Assembly (NCBI GenBank): GCA_963737195.1
Contig: CAVTRW010000005.1
Location: 159,982 to 223,981, forward strand
Length of the DNA stretch: 64,000 bases
Direction: 5' to 3'
Origin: an uncultured Verrucomicrobiae bacterium
Lineage (GTDB): Bacteria > Verrucomicrobiota > Verrucomicrobiia > Chthoniobacterales > UBA10450
A model generated the notes under the pieces. That model was not told where the DNA came from and made no database searches. It saw only the letters and a list, made by a program, of their open reading frames with translations. Positions 60,384-64,000 of the stretch are shown here, in pieces. The position numbers were made by a program, and so were the translations under genes. Numbering within the stretch: position 1 is the stretch's first letter; each line of letters opens with the position of its first letter.

Positions 60384-60487
60384 GGAACATGGGTCTCTGG
60401 CCTGTGCGCCCAGCGGACATTCTGTCCGCTGCTGATCGGTGGCGGAGTAAAACTCCGCTGGGCGCACAGACCAGAGGTCTATGTTCC
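60384..60487. repeat. palindromic element between shc and the SOD gene (34-nt imperfect inverted repeat)
   Basis: ggaacatgggtctctggcctgtgcgcccagcgga pairs with tccgctgggcgcacagaccagaggtctatgttcc. The inner 17 bp are perfect. Confidence 0.7.
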
Positions 60488-60625
60488 ACCGCCGTTCTGA
60501 GCAAACCGATATTGCTGCGTGCCTGCAAAAACGAAGCTACGTTTGGCCCGATAAGACAGACGCGACGGCGCGCGTCGCACCAGTTCTTCGAATTGACCGC
60601 ATATCTTTGCGCGATACCGTCTTTT

Positions 60626-61228
60626 ATGCCCTACGAATTACCGAAATTACCCTACGCGTACGACGCACTCGAACCGCATATCGATGCGCGCACGATGGAA
60701 ATCCATTACACCAAACATCATCAGGCCTACATCACGAACGTGAACAACGCGATCAAAGGCAAACCCGATCTGGAAAACAAATCAGTCGAAGATTTGATCA
60801 GCAATTTGAACGCAGTGCCGGAAGATATCCGCACCGCCGTCCGCAATAACGGCGGCGGGCACGCGAATCATTCCTTTTTCTGGAAGATCATGGGACCGAA
60901 GGCCGGCGGCGAACCAAGCGGAAAATTGGCCGACGACATCAAGTCCACGTTTGGAAGCTTCGATGCGTTTAAAGAAAAGTTTGCCGAGGCCGGAGTGAAA
61001 CGCTTCGGCAGCGGTTGGGCGTGGCTCATTAAAAACAAAAGCGGCAAGCTCGAAATCATTTCGACGGCGAACCAGGATAGCCCGCTGATGGACGGAAACA
61101 AACCGATTCTTGGCGTCGATGTTTGGGAACACGCGTATTATCTCAACTACCAAAATCGCCGACCCGATTATCTGAAAGCCTGGTGGAATGTGGTGAATTG
61201 GGCGGAAGTGGCCAAGAATTACGCCTAA
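60626..61228 (+). CDS. Fe/Mn superoxide dismutase
   Basis: Start at [20 protein letters not shown] (60626). The motif DVWEHAYYL is present. Confidence 0.95.
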   Translation: MPYELPKLPYAYDALEPHIDARTMEIHYTKHHQAYITNVNNAIKGKPDLENKSVEDLISNLNAVPEDIRTAVRNNGGGHANHSFFWKIMGPKAGGEPSGKLADDIKSTFGSFDAFKEKFAEAGVKRFGSGWAWLIKNKSGKLEIISTANQDSPLMDGNKPILGVDVWEHAYYLNYQNRRPDYLKAWWNVVNWAEVAKNYA

Positions 61229-61372
61229 CCAGTGAGCGCAGCTTGACTTGCGCGAGGTTCCCCAGCGTCGCGGAAGGTGTGTTGCTTGGCGCCTCCCGGC
61301 ACAAAAACCTGTGCCGCAACACGGCGGAATAGAGTTTGCTGTTACCTAACGGCAATACTGCAACCCCGTGTC

Positions 61373-62116
61373 ATGAAAGTACCGATTTCAAAAAGCGAGA
61401 TCAGACGCCTTGAGGCGTTGCGGAATTACCAAATTCTCGATAGCGCACCTGAACGTGAATTCGATGATGTGGTGAAGATCGCTTCGCACATCTGCGGGGT
61501 ACCTCTCGCCACTCTGACGTTCGTCGATGGAGAGCGGCAGTGGTTCAAAGCGAAAGTGGGTATCGAGGCTTCCGAAACCCCACGGGAAGATTCGTTCTGT
61601 GCGCACACGATCCTGTCCAAGGGGATTTTGCTCGTTGAAGATGCGACGGCGGATTCGCGCTTTGCCGAGAGCCCCTTGGTTACCGGTGAACCACACATTC
61701 GATTCTACGCCGGCGCGCCTCTGGTAAACGCGGAAGGACATGCATTAGGTTCTCTCTGTGTGCTCGATCGCGAGCCACGTTCGCTGTCTGCCGAACAAAA
61801 AGCGGCCCTCGAAGCACTGGCGCGGCTGGTCGTCTCCCAAATGGAATTGCGGCGCGTGTCGCATGCGCTGGCCGAAGCTCTCTATGATGTGCGAACTTTG
61901 CAGGGGTTGCTGCCGATCTGCGCCAATTGTCACGGGATCCGCAACGACGAAGGCTATTGGGAAAGAGTGGAGGAATATTTGGGCCACCACACTGAAGCGG
62001 AACTAAGTCACGGGATTTGCCCGAAATGTTTTCAAGAACGTTATCCCGAGGCATTCACAAGTTTGCAGGCGCGAGTGGCAGAGAAAGCCGAAGAAGAGGC
62101 AGCGCTCGCTTCGTAA
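61373..62116 (+). CDS. GAF domain protein with C-terminal Cys/His-rich module
   Basis: Start at MKVPISK (61373). The GAF core is followed by LLPICANCHGIRNDEGYWERVEEYLGHHTEAELSHGICPKCF. Confidence 0.7.
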   Translation: MKVPISKSEIRRLEALRNYQILDSAPEREFDDVVKIASHICGVPLATLTFVDGERQWFKAKVGIEASETPREDSFCAHTILSKGILLVEDATADSRFAESPLVTGEPHIRFYAGAPLVNAEGHALGSLCVLDREPRSLSAEQKAALEALARLVVSQMELRRVSHALAEALYDVRTLQGLLPICANCHGIRNDEGYWERVEEYLGHHTEAELSHGICPKCFQERYPEAFTSLQARVAEKAEEEAALAS

Positions 62117-62172
62117 AAGCTTGCGAGCATCGCAACCTCCGCTAGAGAAGGTCTTCGGCGAGTCCGACCGCC

Positions 62173-63408
62173 ATGGCTTATCTCAACGAAAATTACCTCA
62201 AACTTCAGGCCGGATATTTGTTTCCGGAAATTTCACGACGCGTTCAGGAATTTAGCAAAGCGAATCCGGAAGCGGCGAAGCGGTTGATCTTTTGCGGGAT
62301 TGGCGATGTGACCGAGCCGCTGCCACGTGCCGCGATCGACGCCATGAAACGTGCCGCCGACGAACTCGGTGTGCGCGAAACTTTTCGAGGATATGGGCCG
62401 TATCAAGGCTACGAATTTTTGCAGAGCAAGATCGCGCAACATGATTATCGCGCGCGCGGAATCGAAATTGCCGACGATGAAATTTTTTTGTCGGATGGCT
62501 CGAAGAACGATTGCTCGTCGATTCTCGATATTTTAGGCGATCAAAACCGGATCGCGATCACCGATCCCGTTTACCCCGTTTACGTCGACACGAATGTGAT
62601 GGCGGGTCACACCGGACCGGCGCAGAAGGACGGGCGGTTTGAGGGAATTATTTATCTACCCTGCACGGCTGAAAATAAATTCGTCGCGGAACCGCCTAAC
62701 GAGTCCGCCGACCTTGTCTATCTTTGTTTTCCGAACAATCCAACAGGCGCGGTGGCTTCGCGTGAACAACTGACTCGCTGGGTGGAATACGCGCGCGAGC
62801 ATGAAGCTTTGCTCCTTTTCGACGCCGCATACGAAGGCTACATCAGCGATCCGCAGATTCCACACTCCATCTTCGAAATACCCGGCGCGCTCGAATGTGC
62901 AGTCGAGTTTCACAGTTTTTCCAAGACCGGCGGATTCACCGGCGTGCGTTGCGGATTTACTGTGATGTCGAAGTCGCTCACCGGTCGTACCCAGAGCGGG
63001 AAGAAAATGCCGTTGCATCCTTTGTGGCAGCGGCGCTGGAGCACAAAGGCCAATGGCGTGAGCTACCCGGTGCAGCGCGCCGCCGAGGCGCTCTACAGCG
63101 ACGAAGGTCGCGCGCAGGTTCGCGCGCTGATCGATCACTACATGGGCAACGCGCGCATTCTGGCGGAGGCGGCGCGAAAAATGGGCCTGGAGGTATTTGG
63201 CGGAACGAATGCACCCTATATCTGGGTGAAAACACCGAATGGCCTAACGAGTTGGCAGATGTTCGACCGCATGTTGAACGAGCTCAACGTTGTCATCACG
63301 CCGGGCAGCGGCTTCGGTTCCAACGGCGAGGGTTATATTCGAATTTCCGCCTTCAACAGCCGCGAGAACGCCGAAGAAGTTGCGCGCCGTTTGCAAAAAC
63401 TGAAGTGA
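62173..63408 (+). CDS. dapL: LL-diaminopimelate aminotransferase
   Basis: The 411-aa protein has the N-terminus [20 protein letters not shown] and [14 protein letters not shown] around the PLP lysine. Confidence 0.9.
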   Translation: MAYLNENYLKLQAGYLFPEISRRVQEFSKANPEAAKRLIFCGIGDVTEPLPRAAIDAMKRAADELGVRETFRGYGPYQGYEFLQSKIAQHDYRARGIEIADDEIFLSDGSKNDCSSILDILGDQNRIAITDPVYPVYVDTNVMAGHTGPAQKDGRFEGIIYLPCTAENKFVAEPPNESADLVYLCFPNNPTGAVASREQLTRWVEYAREHEALLLFDAAYEGYISDPQIPHSIFEIPGALECAVEFHSFSKTGGFTGVRCGFTVMSKSLTGRTQSGKKMPLHPLWQRRWSTKANGVSYPVQRAAEALYSDEGRAQVRALIDHYMGNARILAEAARKMGLEVFGGTNAPYIWVKTPNGLTSWQMFDRMLNELNVVITPGSGFGSNGEGYIRISAFNSRENAEEVARRLQKLK

Positions 63409-63477
63409 TCGCGGCCTGAAGCTCCTCTTGTCCCCAGAGCAGAGGCAAGTAAAGTTGCGGCTTTTCCGGAAATCAGC

Positions 63478-63948
63478 GTGGGCGCTCCCAGTCAAAATCT
63501 GCCGCAATTGTATCGGTTTTGTTTTTTGATGACCGGCGACGAGCAAAAAGCTCAGGCCGCTTTTCAGGAAACGATTCGCGCGGCGGCCTCGCATTCGGCG
63601 GAAGGGGAACCGCCGAACGACCGGATCTGGTTTTACCGCGAAGCGCGCTGGCGTTGTCTCGCCGCGGGCGCGCACGGCGTTCAAGCCGAAGACGTGGAAA
63701 TCGATGAGACGCCCCTCTCGGTCGAAGCCCCCGAGCAACTGCGTCAGCTCGAACCGCAACAGCTCGCCATCTGGATCGCGGGCGCGCCCGATCCGCAACG
63801 AAGTGCGCTCGCGCTTTTTTATCTCGACGAGTTCAACCATCGGGAAATGTGTTCGTTACTCGAGCTGAGTCCGGTTGAGCTGGGTGGCCTGATTGCGCAG
63901 GGCCGCGCGCAACTGCAAACGTGGTTGGATGCCCACACCATATTGTGA
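63478..63948 (+). CDS. ECF-type RNA polymerase sigma factor
   Basis: The region 4 HTH is RSALALFYLDEFNHREMCSLLELSPVELGGLIAQGRAQL. The start codon is GTG. Confidence 0.7.
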   Translation: MGAPSQNLPQLYRFCFLMTGDEQKAQAAFQETIRAAASHSAEGEPPNDRIWFYREARWRCLAAGAHGVQAEDVEIDETPLSVEAPEQLRQLEPQQLAIWIAGAPDPQRSALALFYLDEFNHREMCSLLELSPVELGGLIAQGRAQLQTWLDAHTIL

Positions 63949-63951
63949 CCG

Positions 63952-64000
63952 ATGAGTTGGCTTAAATTCTGGCAACGTCAACGCGCGCTTGCTCAGTGCG
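63952..64000 (+). CDS. start of an ORF truncated by the window end, possibly the cognate anti-sigma factor
   Basis: The ATG lies 4 nt after the sigma factor stop. Only 16 codons are visible. Confidence 0.25.
   Translation, partial: MSWLKFWQRQRALAQC

Overview
GC-rich 64-kb chromosomal segment of a free-living Gram-negative bacterium. Gene content (dapL, hpnH-shc hopanoid genes, PilT/PilU plus a prepilin-type protein) and the style of the palindromic repeats suggest Verrucomicrobiota/PVC, but this is inference only. The window is mostly housekeeping. It holds a complex I cluster on the minus strand in the order nuoD, two lipoprotein genes, nuoE-F-G-H, a four-helix-bundle gene, then nuoI-J-K-L-M-N. 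Other recognisable genes are infA, pilT/pilU, fabD, ispD, prfB (with its classical programmed +1 frameshift), glgB, xseA, ruvB, purH, cysE, a cysteine desulfurase, two peptidases, hpnH-shc, a Fe/Mn SOD, dapL and an ECF sigma factor. I recognised no rRNA, tRNA, CRISPR array, transposase or integrase. Four signals are not explained by the genes. (1) The 10-mer GCCTAACGAG (core CCTAACGA) is extremely over-represented: 40 exact core copies, 20 per orientation, mostly inside genes, in all reading frames, forcing rare codons. It is a candidate DNA-uptake or recognition sequence. (2) Several families of REP/MITE-like palindromic elements occupy nearly every intergenic gap, including inside the nuo operon. 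(3) A four-helix-bundle (23S-rRNA-IVS-type) gene bracketed by a 26-bp inverted repeat sits between nuoH and nuoI. (4) At least 17 frame breaks in 12 conserved genes all behave as single-nucleotide insertions, most likely consensus errors. Coordinates of non-ORF features were counted by hand and may be off by 1-2 nt.
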